Shown: one piece after another, positions 56,065-64,000 of the stretch
How the letters are laid out: every line of letters begins with the position of its first letter
How positions within the stretch are numbered: position 1 is the first letter of the stretch
Assembly: GCA_023269235.1 (NCBI GenBank)
Contig: JAHFTW010000003.1
Location: 165,999 to 229,998 of the forward strand
Source of the DNA: Thermoplasmata archaeon
GTDB taxonomy: Archaea; Thermoplasmatota; E2; JACPAO01; JAHFTW01
Direction of reading: 5' to 3'
DNA length: 64,000 nucleotides
The notes under the pieces: model-generated
The model's database searches: none
The model's input: the letters and a program-made list of their open reading frames with translations, nothing else
Told to the model about the DNA's origin: nothing
Program-made: the position numbers and the translations under genes

Positions 56065-57351
56065 ATGGGCGTCGGACGCTCGGCCTGGCCGCTCCTCTGG
56101 CTGGGCGGCGCGCTCGCCGCCTCGGCGGTCGCCGCCGGCAACCTGGCGGTCCTCGGCCTCGCGCTTCTGCCGCTCGGGCTCGTCGTCGCGGGGGCTCTCG
56201 CGCCGCGGGCCCGGCTCGACGCGGCGGAGGTCACCCTCGTCCCCGAGCGCGTCGTCGTCGGCCAGGAGGTCGAGGTCACCGTCCGCCTACGGATGTCGGG
56301 CCGGGGCCCGCTGCATCTCCACGCGGTCCTCCCTGAGGCGTTCCGGGTCACCGGCGGCAGCAACGCCCTGCACGCCTGGGCGCGCGGCCGCGGCGAGGCG
56401 ACGCTCCGCTTCACGGCCGCCTGCGGCCGCCGCGGCGTCGTCGCCGTCGGGCCGGTCCAATCCGAGGCGCCCTCGCCATGGTTGCTCGGGGGCCCGACCT
56501 CCTCGGAGACCGGGACGACCGTTCTGCTGCGCGTGGACCCCGTGGCATCGCGGCTGCGGCGCTGGCCCAACCTGCGCTCCGGCGCGCGCAGCCCGCTCGC
56601 GGACATGGACCTCAGCCCGAGCGGCATCCTCACGACGCGGTTCCAGGACATCCGGCCCTACGTGCGTGGCGACCCGCACCGCAGCATCAACTGGAAGGCC
56701 TCCGCACGCCGCGGTGAGCTCGCGCCCAACAGCGGCCTCATGGTGAACGACTACGAGCGTGAGGGCCGCCGCCAGGTGTGGATCTTCCTGGACGCGCGCC
56801 CGGAGCTCGCCGGCACAAGCTTGGACAACGCCCTCGACCGGCGCATCGAGGCCGCGCTCGCGCTGGCCTCGGCCTACTTGCGGCGCGGCTTCAGCCTCGG
56901 CCTCACGCTCTACAACCAGGAGGTCGAGGGGACGCCCTACCCGGACGGTTCTGGCCGTCAGACGCGCCGCATCCTCGAACTCGTCACCGCGCTCCCCCAT
57001 CCTCCCGGGCGCGCCGCCAGTCTTGGCGAGGCGGTGCAGTCGGTGCGCGGCCATCTCCACCATGCCCGCACCGTCGCCCTCGTGGTCACCACGCTCGTCG
57101 GGGGCGAGGAGGAGGACGTGCGCCTGCTGCGTCGCCTGCTTGCCCGTCGGCGCGGCCCCATCCCCGTCGCCGTCGTCCACGTGGACCCGTCCGGCCTGCT
57201 GCCCGACGCCGGGCGCAACGACCTGGCGCGCACCATCGCCCTCCTGGAACGGCCGCGCCTTGAGGCGGTCCGCCGCCTCGGCGTGCGCGCCGTGCGTTGG
57301 GACCCAAGCCAGCAGGGCCTGCCCGCTCTTGTCCGGAGGCTCAGCGCATGA
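56065..57351 (+). CDS. DUF58 (VWA-like) protein, MoxR partner
   Basis: 'FQDIRPYVRGDPHRSINWKASARRGEL' is the DUF58 signature. Two N-terminal TM helices are present. Confidence 0.8.
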   Translation: MGVGRSAWPLLWLGGALAASAVAAGNLAVLGLALLPLGLVVAGALAPRARLDAAEVTLVPERVVVGQEVEVTVRLRMSGRGPLHLHAVLPEAFRVTGGSNALHAWARGRGEATLRFTAACGRRGVVAVGPVQSEAPSPWLLGGPTSSETGTTVLLRVDPVASRLRRWPNLRSGARSPLADMDLSPSGILTTRFQDIRPYVRGDPHRSINWKASARRGELAPNSGLMVNDYEREGRRQVWIFLDARPELAGTSLDNALDRRIEAALALASAYLRRGFSLGLTLYNQEVEGTPYPDGSGRQTRRILELVTALPHPPGRAASLGEAVQSVRGHLHHARTVALVVTTLVGGEEEDVRLLRRLLARRRGPIPVAVVHVDPSGLLPDAGRNDLARTIALLERPRLEAVRRLGVRAVRWDPSQQGLPALVRRLSA

Positions 57352-58052
57352 GGCCCGCCCCGGGATCCTCGTTGCGTCTTGTCCTGCTCGCAACCGCCGG
57401 CGCCGTCGAGGGCGTGCTGCTCGCGCATGGACCCCTGCTCGACCAGTACGCCGCCGTCCGGCTCGGGCCGCGCGGCGTCTTCGTGGACATCACACTGCTC
57501 TCCGCCCTCCTCCTTGGCGCACTCGGCGCGCTGGCTGCCCTTTCCGCGCGGGTCCAGGCCGTCTTCCTTACCCTGCTCGCCGGGACCATCACCTGGAGCC
57601 TCGCCAACGCGAGCCTCCACCCCTGGTGGGTGCTGGACGAGGACCACGAGTGGATTCCCGAGGCGGCGTCCTTCGCACTCCTGGCGGTCCACGTGGCCGT
57701 CCTTCTCGCCGTCGCCTCGGCGGTCCTCCTTGCAGCCCTGGACCGGTATCGCGAGGCCGCCCGCGCGCAAGGGGTTCCGCCCGCCCAACTCCGCCTTGAG
57801 GTCCGTCGCCTGGCTACGGCAGGCTTCACCATGCTCGCGCTTGCAAGCGTCCCGGCCCTCGTCCTTCCGCAGGCGCTCCAAGCCTTCGCCGGCGGCGTGC
57901 ATGGCGTCCTCGACGGCGCCACGGCGTTTGCCGTGCTGCTGGCGGCCATCCTGCTCCTGTTGGTCGGATTGGGCCTTCTTCTCAGCCAGGCAACCGCGCG
58001 ACAAAAAGAACGGCCCACCCGTGTTGTTGAAAGTGGGGACGGAGAGACTTGA
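57348..58052 (+). CDS. Membrane protein (last gene of the MoxR operon)
   Basis: ATGA overlap with the DUF58 gene; 6 TM helices. The 3' end overlaps the convergent tRNA-Met by about 19 nt. Confidence 0.55.
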   Translation: MRPAPGSSLRLVLLATAGAVEGVLLAHGPLLDQYAAVRLGPRGVFVDITLLSALLLGALGALAALSARVQAVFLTLLAGTITWSLANASLHPWWVLDEDHEWIPEAASFALLAVHVAVLLAVASAVLLAALDRYREAARAQGVPPAQLRLEVRRLATAGFTMLALASVPALVLPQALQAFAGGVHGVLDGATAFAVLLAAILLLLVGLGLLLSQATARQKERPTRVVESGDGET

Positions 58053-58107
58053 ACTCCCGACCTGGGCATTATGAGTGCCCCGCCCTAACCAGCTAGGCCA
58101 CGTCCCC
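58034..58107 (-). tRNA. tRNA-Met (anticodon CAU), elongator type; tRNA-Ile2 (CAU) is a possible alternative
   Basis: Folds by hand into a cloverleaf. Acceptor stem GGGGACG/CGTCCCC, D-stem GCCT/GGGC, anticodon stem GGGCA/TGCCC with loop CTCATAA, T-arm GGGAG-TTCAAGT-CTCTC, discriminator A. It has G1:C72 rather than the A1:U72 of an initiator. No CCA is encoded. Confidence 0.85.
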
Positions 58108-58158
58108 GTGGGGAAAGTCTGCGTGGGCTAGGCCCGAAGGCCACGCCGCGGCCGCGGG

Positions 58159-58231
58159 CTTTCCGAGTGGAGCGGCGGGGATTTGAACCCCGGGCCTCGT
58201 CCATGCCAAGGACGCGATCTTCCAGCTGATC
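58159..58231 (-). tRNA. tRNA-Ala (anticodon GGC)
   Basis: Cloverleaf: acceptor stem GGGGCGG/CCGCTCC with the G3:U70 Ala identity pair, D-stem GATC/GATC, anticodon stem CGTCC/GGACG with loop TTGGCAT, T-arm CGGGG-TTCAAAT-CCCCG, discriminator A. Confidence 0.85.
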
Positions 58232-58392
58232 TACCGCCCCGTCTGCTTCGCAGCCGGGGCGGTGAAAGGCCGGCGTCCGCTTCGCGGCTGCCTGCCATCT
58301 ACCGCCCCATTTGCGGTCGCGAGCGCCAGGAGGCGCACGCGGGCAACGCGGCGACATAGCGCGGGTATAAGAGGCCGTTGGACCGCCTTCGG

Positions 58393-59208
58393 TCACTTGA
58401 ACGGGTTCTTCGGGGGGCCGCGCAGCTGGTTGACGCTGCGCACGACGAAGAGCAGGCCCGCGAGGTTCAGCAGGGAGAGCACGACGAGGATGCCGTCGAG
58501 AAGGCGGAAGCCGGCGTCTTGGGCGGGGGCCAGGCGGCCGTCCGAGGCAGACGGGTCGCTCGGGTTCACGGACGAGGCGGGCGCTGCGAATCCGGCAGGG
58601 TGGAGACGAAGGTCACCGATCGTGGCGCGGCCTCCGCCCGATGTCAAAGAGTCCAGATCCACGTAGACCACGCCGAGGATGTCGCGCGGCCCGGAGCCGA
58701 CGAATCCGAGGCTGCCAACCTGCGCGGACGCTGGACGGGAAAGGGACTGGCCTAGGCCAGAGTCAGTGGAGCCGATGCGGGTGGGCGCGTCGCCGAACCG
58801 GATGTCGGGCGCACTGATCGTGCGCGAGCCGTCCACGTCGAGGATCCAGGTCGTGCCGGCGGTGGAGAACCATGCGTTGGGAAGGAGGTCCAGGGCGCGG
58901 CCGGCGTCGCTGTCGGTGACGCCGACGACCGTCCCGGAGGCAAGCGGGCCATAGCCGGTCAAGCGAAGGTCGCCGTAACTGACGCTGTTGGAGCCGTCCA
59001 GGTCAAGGTAGACGGGTTCGTCGGGCACGGAGGCGTCGGGCTTTCCGTTGCCGTTGGCGTCGAGGAAGGCGACGGCCCCATGGAGCGTCTGCAAGGACTG
59101 GTTGGAGTCAGGGTCACCGCTCTTCACTTCCGCGAGGAACGGGGTGGTGGCGGCCGTCACCTGAGTGGCGAGGGCAAAGAGAAGGAGGGCGGAACATGCA
59201 GCGCGCAT
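58393..59208 (-). CDS. Secreted, C-terminally membrane-anchored surface protein
   Basis: Start taken at ATG 59208, giving 'MRAACSALLLFALATQVTA|ATTPF', a clean Sec signal. The track's TTG start at 59241 adds 11 residues. The C-terminal TM reads 'GILVVLSLLNLAGLLFVVRSVNQLRG'. Confidence 0.65.
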   Translation of the reverse strand: MRAACSALLLFALATQVTAATTPFLAEVKSGDPDSNQSLQTLHGAVAFLDANGNGKPDASVPDEPVYLDLDGSNSVSYGDLRLTGYGPLASGTVVGVTDSDAGRALDLLPNAWFSTAGTTWILDVDGSRTISAPDIRFGDAPTRIGSTDSGLGQSLSRPASAQVGSLGFVGSGPRDILGVVYVDLDSLTSGGGRATIGDLRLHPAGFAAPASSVNPSDPSASDGRLAPAQDAGFRLLDGILVVLSLLNLAGLLFVVRSVNQLRGPPKNPFK

Positions 59209-59233
59209 GGCCGGCGCCACGAGAGGGCGGCGG

Positions 59234-59276
59234 AAAAACAACCCGGTTCGCTTCAGGGTCTGAGCGTGGGCTCAGA
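59234..59276 (-). terminator. Hairpin plus T-tract downstream of tbp
   Basis: Inverted repeat TCTGAGC-gtgg-GCTCAGA (59259-59276) spans the tbp stop codon. On the minus strand it is followed by 'TTGTTTTT' (59234-59241). Confidence 0.35.
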
Positions 59277-59820
59277 AGAGCAGGCCGAGCGAGCTGAGCT
59301 CGGCGGTGATCTTGTCGACGGCGTCCTCGGCGTCGCTCTTCTTGCGGGCGCCGGTGCAGACGAGCTTGCCGGAGCCGAAGATGAGGACGACGACCTTGGG
59401 GTCGCTGAGGCGGTAGACGAGGCCGGGGAACTGCTCGGGCTCGTACTCCACGTTCTCAAGGCCGAGGCCGATGGCGATGGCGTTGAGGTTCAGCTCGGCG
59501 CCGAGGTCGCTGGTGGCGACGATGTTCTGGATGGTGATCTCGGGCTCGTCGATGGTCTTGAAGCCGTGGGCGCGCAGCTGGTTGCACACGATGCCGACGG
59601 CGGTGTGGACCTCTTCGATGCTCTTGGCGCCGGTGCAGACGACCTTGCCGCTGCGGAAGATGAGGGCGGCCGTCTTGGGCTCGGGGACGCGGAAGACGAG
59701 GCCGGGGAACTGCTCGGGCTCGTACTCGGCGTTGCTGAACGTGGCGCTGATGGCGTTCAGGTCGAGCTCTTCGCCGATCGAGGTGCTCGCGACGACGTTC
59801 TGGATGTGGATGACAGCCAT
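59272..59820 (-). CDS. tbp: TATA-box binding protein
   Basis: Two direct repeats ('...[14 protein letters not shown]...' and '...[14 protein letters not shown]...') and the archaeal TBP N-terminus 'IQNVVAST'. The 182 aa length fits. Confidence 0.95.
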   Translation of the reverse strand: MAVIHIQNVVASTSIGEELDLNAISATFSNAEYEPEQFPGLVFRVPEPKTAALIFRSGKVVCTGAKSIEEVHTAVGIVCNQLRAHGFKTIDEPEITIQNIVATSDLGAELNLNAIAIGLGLENVEYEPEQFPGLVYRLSDPKVVVLIFGSGKLVCTGARKKSDAEDAVDKITAELSSLGLLF

Positions 59821-59851
59821 GATGGTCCTCCGGGTGTCGATGGCACAGTTC

Positions 59852-59868
59852 GGTCATATATAAAGGTC
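59852..59868 (-). promoter_or_regulatory. Canonical TATA box of tbp (minus-strand 'CCTTTATATATGA')
   Basis: 'TTTATATA' lies about 35 nt upstream of the tbp ATG on the coding strand. Confidence 0.6.
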
Positions 59869-60032
59869 GAAGGCCAAGGGAAAAGCGGTTTATCAGCCCC
59901 TTATGAGGCGGCCAACGACCTTATGAGGAGGATGAGGCGAGTGCATCGCAAGGGAGCTTCTCCGGCGTTGGACAGGGTGGTTTGCCTTTCCTCCCCCCGT
60001 CGCGTTTTTGTTGTGAACGGCTCTGGTAGCAA

Positions 60033-60770
60033 ATGCCTTCCATGCCTGAGGACCCCCCCACCGAGCTCCCGTCCGTGCCCGACGCGGCGGAGGCGGGGTC
60101 GGTGCCGCCGGGGCGCGAGCGGGGCAAGGAACTGAGCCGCGAGCCCATCCTGCGCGACCGCATCGTGGAGCACCTCAAACGTGGCCCCGACTCCATCTCC
60201 GGCCTGGCGCGCGCCCTCTCCGAAGGCCGCGAGGCGCCCATCCACCGCCTCACCGTCGCCGGCTACCTCCAGGCGCTCGCCGAGGCGGGCATGCTCCGGG
60301 AACTGGACCGCCCCCCGAGCAAGCTCTACCAGCTGGCCAACCCGGAGAGCCACTGGTCGCTGCACCAGCGCCTCCACCGCATCCTGCAGGAACAACCGCG
60401 CCCGGAACGCGAGAAAGTGCGTCTGGCGCTCGCGGTCCTCCAGCAGATGCTCGGGCGCCCCGTGTTCCAGGCCGAACTGCTGCACGCCGGCTTCACCTTC
60501 CTGCCGGACGACCTGGAGCGCATGGTTGTGGGCGACGCCGTCCGTCGTCACTACCGCGACCTCTTCGGCCGCCGCAGCAGCCCGCGCATCGAGGTGCCGC
60601 AGCGCGATCCCCTGCTCGCCCTCAAGGCGGACGACCCCGTGCTGAAGTCCGAGGCCGTCGCCGAGCTCGTGCGCCGCCTCGCCGTGCGCGCCACCGGCGC
60701 CGAGCATCTCGTCGCCGACCGCCTCGCCGCCGTCCACCAGGTCCAGCTCGACCTTGGAGCCGCGCCATGA
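60033..60770 (+). CDS. Winged-helix (wHTH) domain protein of unknown function, upstream of cca
   Basis: 'ILRDRIVEHLKRGPDSISGLARAL...IHRLTVAGYLQALAEAGMLREL' is an HTH. Its stop overlaps the cca ATG (ATGA). Confidence 0.55.
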   Translation: MPSMPEDPPTELPSVPDAAEAGSVPPGRERGKELSREPILRDRIVEHLKRGPDSISGLARALSEGREAPIHRLTVAGYLQALAEAGMLRELDRPPSKLYQLANPESHWSLHQRLHRILQEQPRPEREKVRLALAVLQQMLGRPVFQAELLHAGFTFLPDDLERMVVGDAVRRHYRDLFGRRSSPRIEVPQRDPLLALKADDPVLKSEAVAELVRRLAVRATGAEHLVADRLAAVHQVQLDLGAAP

Positions 60771-62146
60771 CCGCGGCAGGATCCGCGCTCACTCCCCTGG
60801 AGCAGGGCATCCTCGCTCGCATCACGCCGACCACTGCTGAGGAGGCCACCGTGGCGCGCGACGTCGGCGATCTCGTGGCTGCGGTCCACACCGTCCTCTC
60901 GGAGTCCGCGCTCCCCGGCCGCGCGACCGTTCAAGGCTCCATCGCGAAGGGCACCTGGCTCGCGGGCGGCGCCGACTTGGACCTCTTCCTCCTGCTCGAT
61001 CCCTCCCTCCCGCTGGAGCGCCTCGAGGCCGCCGCGCAGAAGGTCGGTCCCAAGGTCCTGCAGGACTGCCAGAAGCGCTACGCTCAGCATCCCTACCTCG
61101 TCGGCTCCTTCCGCGGCCGCGCCGTGGACCTCGTCCCCGCCTACGCGGTCGCCTCCGCCTCCGCGAAGATGTCCGCCGTGGACCGCACGCCGTTCCACAC
61201 CGACTGGGTGCGCAGCCGCCTCGACGCCGCCGGACGCGGCCAGGTCCGTCTCGCCAAGAAGTGGCTCAAGGGCGTCGGCGCGTATGGCGCGCAGACGGCC
61301 ATCGGCGGCTTCAGCGGCTACCTCGTCGAGGTCCTCGTCGCCCGTTTCGGCTCGTTCCACGGGCTCCTGGAGTGGCTTGCCGCCGACGCCCGGCCGCGTC
61401 GCGTCGCGCTCGGCCCTGACCAGGTGAAGGACGACGTCAGCCCGCTCGTCGTCGTGGACCCCGTGGACCCGGCCCGCAACTGCTCCGCCGCCGTCGCCGC
61501 GCCGACCCTGGAGCTCGCCTGCGATGCCGCACGCGCCTACCGCGCCGCGCCGACCGAGCGTTTCTTCTTCCCCAACCCGCCCCGGCCCGAGCCGGCGGCC
61601 GTCCTCGCCAAGCACCAGGAGAACGCCGGCGAATCGTGGCAAGCTCTCCTCCTGCGCCCGCGCACGGACCGGCTCGACATCGTCTTCCCGCAGTTCCAGA
61701 AAGCGGCCCGCTTCATCGCGGCCCACCTGGAGTCGGAGGGGTTCCCTCTCATCCGCCTGCGCACGCACGCCGACGAGGACGCCCCCGCCGTCCTGCTGGA
61801 GTGGGTCACGAAGGCCGTGACGCTGCCCGAGCGCCGCGTCCACGCCGGGCCGCCTGCGTCGGTTCCCGCCAACGCCGACCGCTTCCGCGCCAAGTACGGC
61901 TCCCACCCTGACGCTTTGGGCCCGGTGCGCACGGGCGCGGACGGCCGCGTCGAGGTGGAGCTCCGGGTCGCGCACCGCACAGCGGCCGACCGTCTCGCCG
62001 CCGACCTCGCGGGCCTCGCCTTGGGCCGCCACGTCACCGACGCTCTCGTCGACGCCAAGCACTGGACGGCGCCCGCGCAGGCCGACGCGCGCTGGGCCCC
62101 CGCCGTCGCCGACACCGTCCTCGACCGTCCTCCTTGGTCGCGGTGA
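60767..62146 (+). CDS. cca: CCA-adding enzyme (archaeal class I tRNA nucleotidyltransferase)
   Basis: 'GSIAKGTWLAGGADLDLFLLL' is the class I Pol-beta GS...D.D motif, followed by 'RTPFHTDWV', 'YGAQTAIGGFSGYLVEVLV' and 'SPLVVVDPVDPARNCSA'. The 459 aa length fits. Confidence 0.8.
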   Translation: MTAAGSALTPLEQGILARITPTTAEEATVARDVGDLVAAVHTVLSESALPGRATVQGSIAKGTWLAGGADLDLFLLLDPSLPLERLEAAAQKVGPKVLQDCQKRYAQHPYLVGSFRGRAVDLVPAYAVASASAKMSAVDRTPFHTDWVRSRLDAAGRGQVRLAKKWLKGVGAYGAQTAIGGFSGYLVEVLVARFGSFHGLLEWLAADARPRRVALGPDQVKDDVSPLVVVDPVDPARNCSAAVAAPTLELACDAARAYRAAPTERFFFPNPPRPEPAAVLAKHQENAGESWQALLLRPRTDRLDIVFPQFQKAARFIAAHLESEGFPLIRLRTHADEDAPAVLLEWVTKAVTLPERRVHAGPPASVPANADRFRAKYGSHPDALGPVRTGADGRVEVELRVAHRTAADRLAADLAGLALGRHVTDALVDAKHWTAPAQADARWAPAVADTVLDRPPWSR

Positions 62147-62150
62147 TTGC

Positions 62151-62987
62151 GTGGGCGAGCTCCATCTCGTCGGCTACTCCGAGCGCGGCGGCCCCCACCT
62201 CGTCGCCGTCGGCCCCGCGGGGCCGGAGCCGCTGCCCCTCGCAGGCCCTTTTTCCTGGCAAGTGTCGGGGGTTCGTTGGTGCACGGGCCGCTGGGAGAAC
62301 GGGGTCCACGTTCCTTGCCCCACGAGCGAAGTCGTCGGTGACCAAGGCCAGTGCCTCTCCTGCTCAGGCTTGGAGCACCCGGAGTGCGTCTTCGAGCCGC
62401 TCTGCATGGGCGACCCGGCGGCGTGCGCGTGCCTCGCCTCGTTCAAGGGCGTCGAGCACGTCGTCTATCTCGCCTTCCACGGCATCCTGCCCAAGGTCGG
62501 GATGACGCAGGCGTGGCGCGTCGCGCGCCGTCTTCGGGAGCAGGGCGCCGACGCCTACTTCGTGGTGCGCGGCGGCCTCGACCGCCCTGGCGCGCGCCTC
62601 TTCGAGAAGCAGCTGCACGCCCTGCACCGCGTGCCCGAGCACCGCAACCACCACGAGACGCTGCCGCAGATGGCGCGCCCCGTGCCGTGGCCTGTCGTCC
62701 TTGAGCGCGCCGCCGCGTGGCGGGAACGGCTCGCGGAGCATGCCCCCGGACCCATCATTACGATCGAGGACCACCCCATTGCGCAACCGCTCGCTGCCCG
62801 CCCCCGTCGCGTCGTCGCGTGGGGGCCACACGCCGGCACCTGGCTCGGCGCGAAGGGAAACCACCTGTTCTTCGAGGAGGCGGACCGACCGGGCCGCCTA
62901 GAGTTGGGCGTGCCGCGCGTGGCCGCGCTGAAGCGCGGAGACCTTCTCGGGCGCCGGGTCGTCGTCGAGCCGGCGCGGTCGGACTAG
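62151..62987 (+). CDS. Hypothetical protein with Cys-rich zinc-ribbon and GIY-YIG-like segment (DUF2797-like)
   Basis: 'CPTSEVVGDQGQCLSCSG...CVFEPLCMGDPAACAC' contains several Cys, followed by 'VVYLAFHGILPKVGMTQAWRVARRL' in a GIY-YIG-like pattern. The family assignment is tentative. Confidence 0.5.
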   Translation: MGELHLVGYSERGGPHLVAVGPAGPEPLPLAGPFSWQVSGVRWCTGRWENGVHVPCPTSEVVGDQGQCLSCSGLEHPECVFEPLCMGDPAACACLASFKGVEHVVYLAFHGILPKVGMTQAWRVARRLREQGADAYFVVRGGLDRPGARLFEKQLHALHRVPEHRNHHETLPQMARPVPWPVVLERAAAWRERLAEHAPGPIITIEDHPIAQPLAARPRRVVAWGPHAGTWLGAKGNHLFFEEADRPGRLELGVPRVAALKRGDLLGRRVVVEPARSD

Positions 62988-63766
62988 GCGCGGCGACGCG
63001 CGGCGGCCGCGAGGGCCAGCACGCCGAGGCCGGCGAGGAGGCCGCTTGACGGGGAGGTCTTGCCCGAGGAGGCGGGCGCCAGCAACGAGGAGGCGTCGAA
63101 GCGGAAGTCCTCGGTGCCGAAGCCTTCCTTGAAGTAGGCGCCGTTGGCGCCGGTCTTCGCCTTGACGAGCAGGATGGAGGTGCCGCCCTTCGCGGCCAGA
63201 CGGTCCATCTCGGCGGGCGTGGGGTCGCCGCTGTGCTTGAGGGTGATGGTGATGTCGCGTTCGAACCAGTAGTAGAGGACCGGGTTGGGGCCGCTCTGGT
63301 CGAGTTTCGTGTTGGTGGGGTTCACCAGGTCGGCGCTGGCGATGGCGAGGCTCTTGGGTTCCACGGAGAAGGTGAGCCACTTCGGGTTGCTCGCGACGCC
63401 GGAGAACGTGATGGGGATGGCCGTGTTGGGGTCGGCCAACGTCTGCTGGGCGTCGGGCGGGTAGGTGAGGTCTTCGGAGAGCTTCCAGTAGTACTGGAAC
63501 TTCGCCTTGAACTCCACGGATTGGCCCATGTCGGGGACCTTCATGCAGTCCGAGTGGTCGGCCTTGCGGCAGGGCTTCTTGTCCGCGACTTCGATGTTGA
63601 CGAAAGGCTGGATGTAGCCGCACGGGGGACCGTTCGCGGCGGCGGAAGCGCAAGCCATGGACGCGGGTTCCAGAGGGGAGGCCGTCGCAGGGGCGGGGGC
63701 GGCGGACGCCGCAAGAGGAGCCAGGAGCAGAGCCAGGCAGGCCACCAGGCCCGTCAGCCAACGCAT
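62984..63766 (-). CDS. Secreted surface protein with PGF-CTERM-like C-terminal sorting signal
   Basis: Start at ATG 63766, giving 'MRWLTGLVACLALLLAPLAASAA|PAPA'. Cys-containing globular body. The C-terminus reads '...SSGKTSPSSGLLAGLGVLALAAAARRRA*'. The track's upstream R/P-rich extension was rejected. Confidence 0.65.
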   Translation of the reverse strand: MRWLTGLVACLALLLAPLAASAAPAPATASPLEPASMACASAAANGPPCGYIQPFVNIEVADKKPCRKADHSDCMKVPDMGQSVEFKAKFQYYWKLSEDLTYPPDAQQTLADPNTAIPITFSGVASNPKWLTFSVEPKSLAIASADLVNPTNTKLDQSGPNPVLYYWFERDITITLKHSGDPTPAEMDRLAAKGGTSILLVKAKTGANGAYFKEGFGTEDFRFDASSLLAPASSGKTSPSSGLLAGLGVLALAAAARRRA

Positions 63767-63900
63767 GTTCGCCCATCTGGAGGCCTTCAGCTTAAGCGTT
63801 GTGGGGCGCGCCCCCAGTTTCCGCGTCGGGGGCTCGGCAGGCCGAGGCCGATGGCAAACCCTGAAGTGCGCGGGGCGGCCTCGTCCAGCCCGTGAAGGCA

Positions 63901-64000
63901 CGTGACCGAACTGACATTCCTGGGGACCGGCGGAGGCCGGTTCACCACCATCAGCCAGCTTAGGCAGACCGGCGGACTCTACCTGCGCGACCGCGGCCTG
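63901..64000 (+). CDS. Metallo-beta-lactamase-fold protein, 3'-truncated at the window edge
   Basis: GTG start; 'VTELTFLGTGGGRFTTISQLRQTGGLYL' is the N-terminal strand and loop of MBL-fold hydrolases. The coding sequence continues beyond the window. Confidence 0.4.

Noticed and set aside
58034-58107. Possibility that the CAU tRNA is the initiator tRNA.
   Set aside because: It has G1:C72 and lacks the three consecutive G:C pairs at the base of the anticodon stem. Archaeal initiators have A1:U72, so I call it elongator Met, or possibly Ile2.
58085-58396. A 103 aa minus-strand ORF across the tRNA region.
   Set aside because: It overlaps both tRNA genes and its translation is R/G/A-rich junk.
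58034-58400. Integrative element inserted at the tRNA-Ala/tRNA-Met locus, suggested by the 12 nt repeat of the tRNA 5' end.
   Set aside because: No integrase, excisionase or foreign-looking gene block is adjacent, and the repeat covers the 5' end rather than the usual 3' end. It is kept only as a low-interest observation.

Overview
The window is a 64 kb chromosomal segment from a high-GC (about 68-70% by eye) archaeon; a Thermoplasmatota-like lineage is a guess and nothing more. The archaeal assignment rests on TBP with its two direct repeats, TFE, aTrm56, HTH-fused CTP-type riboflavin kinase, KEOPS subunits (Kae1, Bud32, Pcc1), class I CCA-adding enzyme, the HMG-CoA synthase/thiolase/DUF35 operon, S15 next to a RecJ/GAN-like DHH nuclease, and LAGC-type lipoboxes. 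Genes are densely packed and very often translationally coupled: GTGA, ATGA, TTGA or TAATG start/stop overlaps are common and many starts are non-ATG. Main blocks, in order:
- 1-6.3 kb: two GT2 glycosyltransferases, then a minus-strand operon of Hjc-like nuclease, MutS2, RibK, Trm56, TFE and an HD-domain protein.
- 6.6-8.9 kb: a CBS-domain protein and a secreted protein with a C-terminal sorting signal.
- 9.1-11.8 kb: korAB, the 2-oxoacid:ferredoxin oxidoreductase.
- 12-16 kb: an RNase R-family gene with a tightly linked unknown partner.
- 16.3-27.3 kb: tpiA, a vapBC toxin-antitoxin pair, two lipoproteins, asnS and the kae1-bud32-rdgB triplet.
- 27.3-33.8 kb: a DNA-damage-flavoured island. It holds an SPL-like radical SAM enzyme, two tandem SRAP (DUF159/YedK) paralogs whose invariant N-terminal Cys is Ala, a family-B DNA polymerase paralog with degenerate motifs B, C and KKRY, and three unknown proteins. 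This island is my candidate for an undescribed system.
- 33.8-41 kb: surface proteins, S15, RecJ-like, Pcc1, FKBP, and tandem duplicated CarboxypepD_reg lipoproteins with a conserved promoter.
- 41.4-50.9 kb: a methylmalonyl-CoA and HMG-CoA block (mutase large subunit, an Nfu-like protein, epimerase, biotin ligase, HMG-CoA synthase, thiolase, DUF35).
- 50.9-58 kb: a transglutaminase, membrane protein, MoxR, DUF58 and membrane protein operon.
- 58-64 kb: minus-strand tRNA-Met(CAU) and tRNA-Ala(GGC), TBP with a canonical TATA box, CCA-adding enzyme, and a surface protein with a PGF-CTERM-like tail.
No CRISPR array, rRNA, transposase or integrase was seen. All annotations come from reading the supplied translations and sequence; no database search was run.
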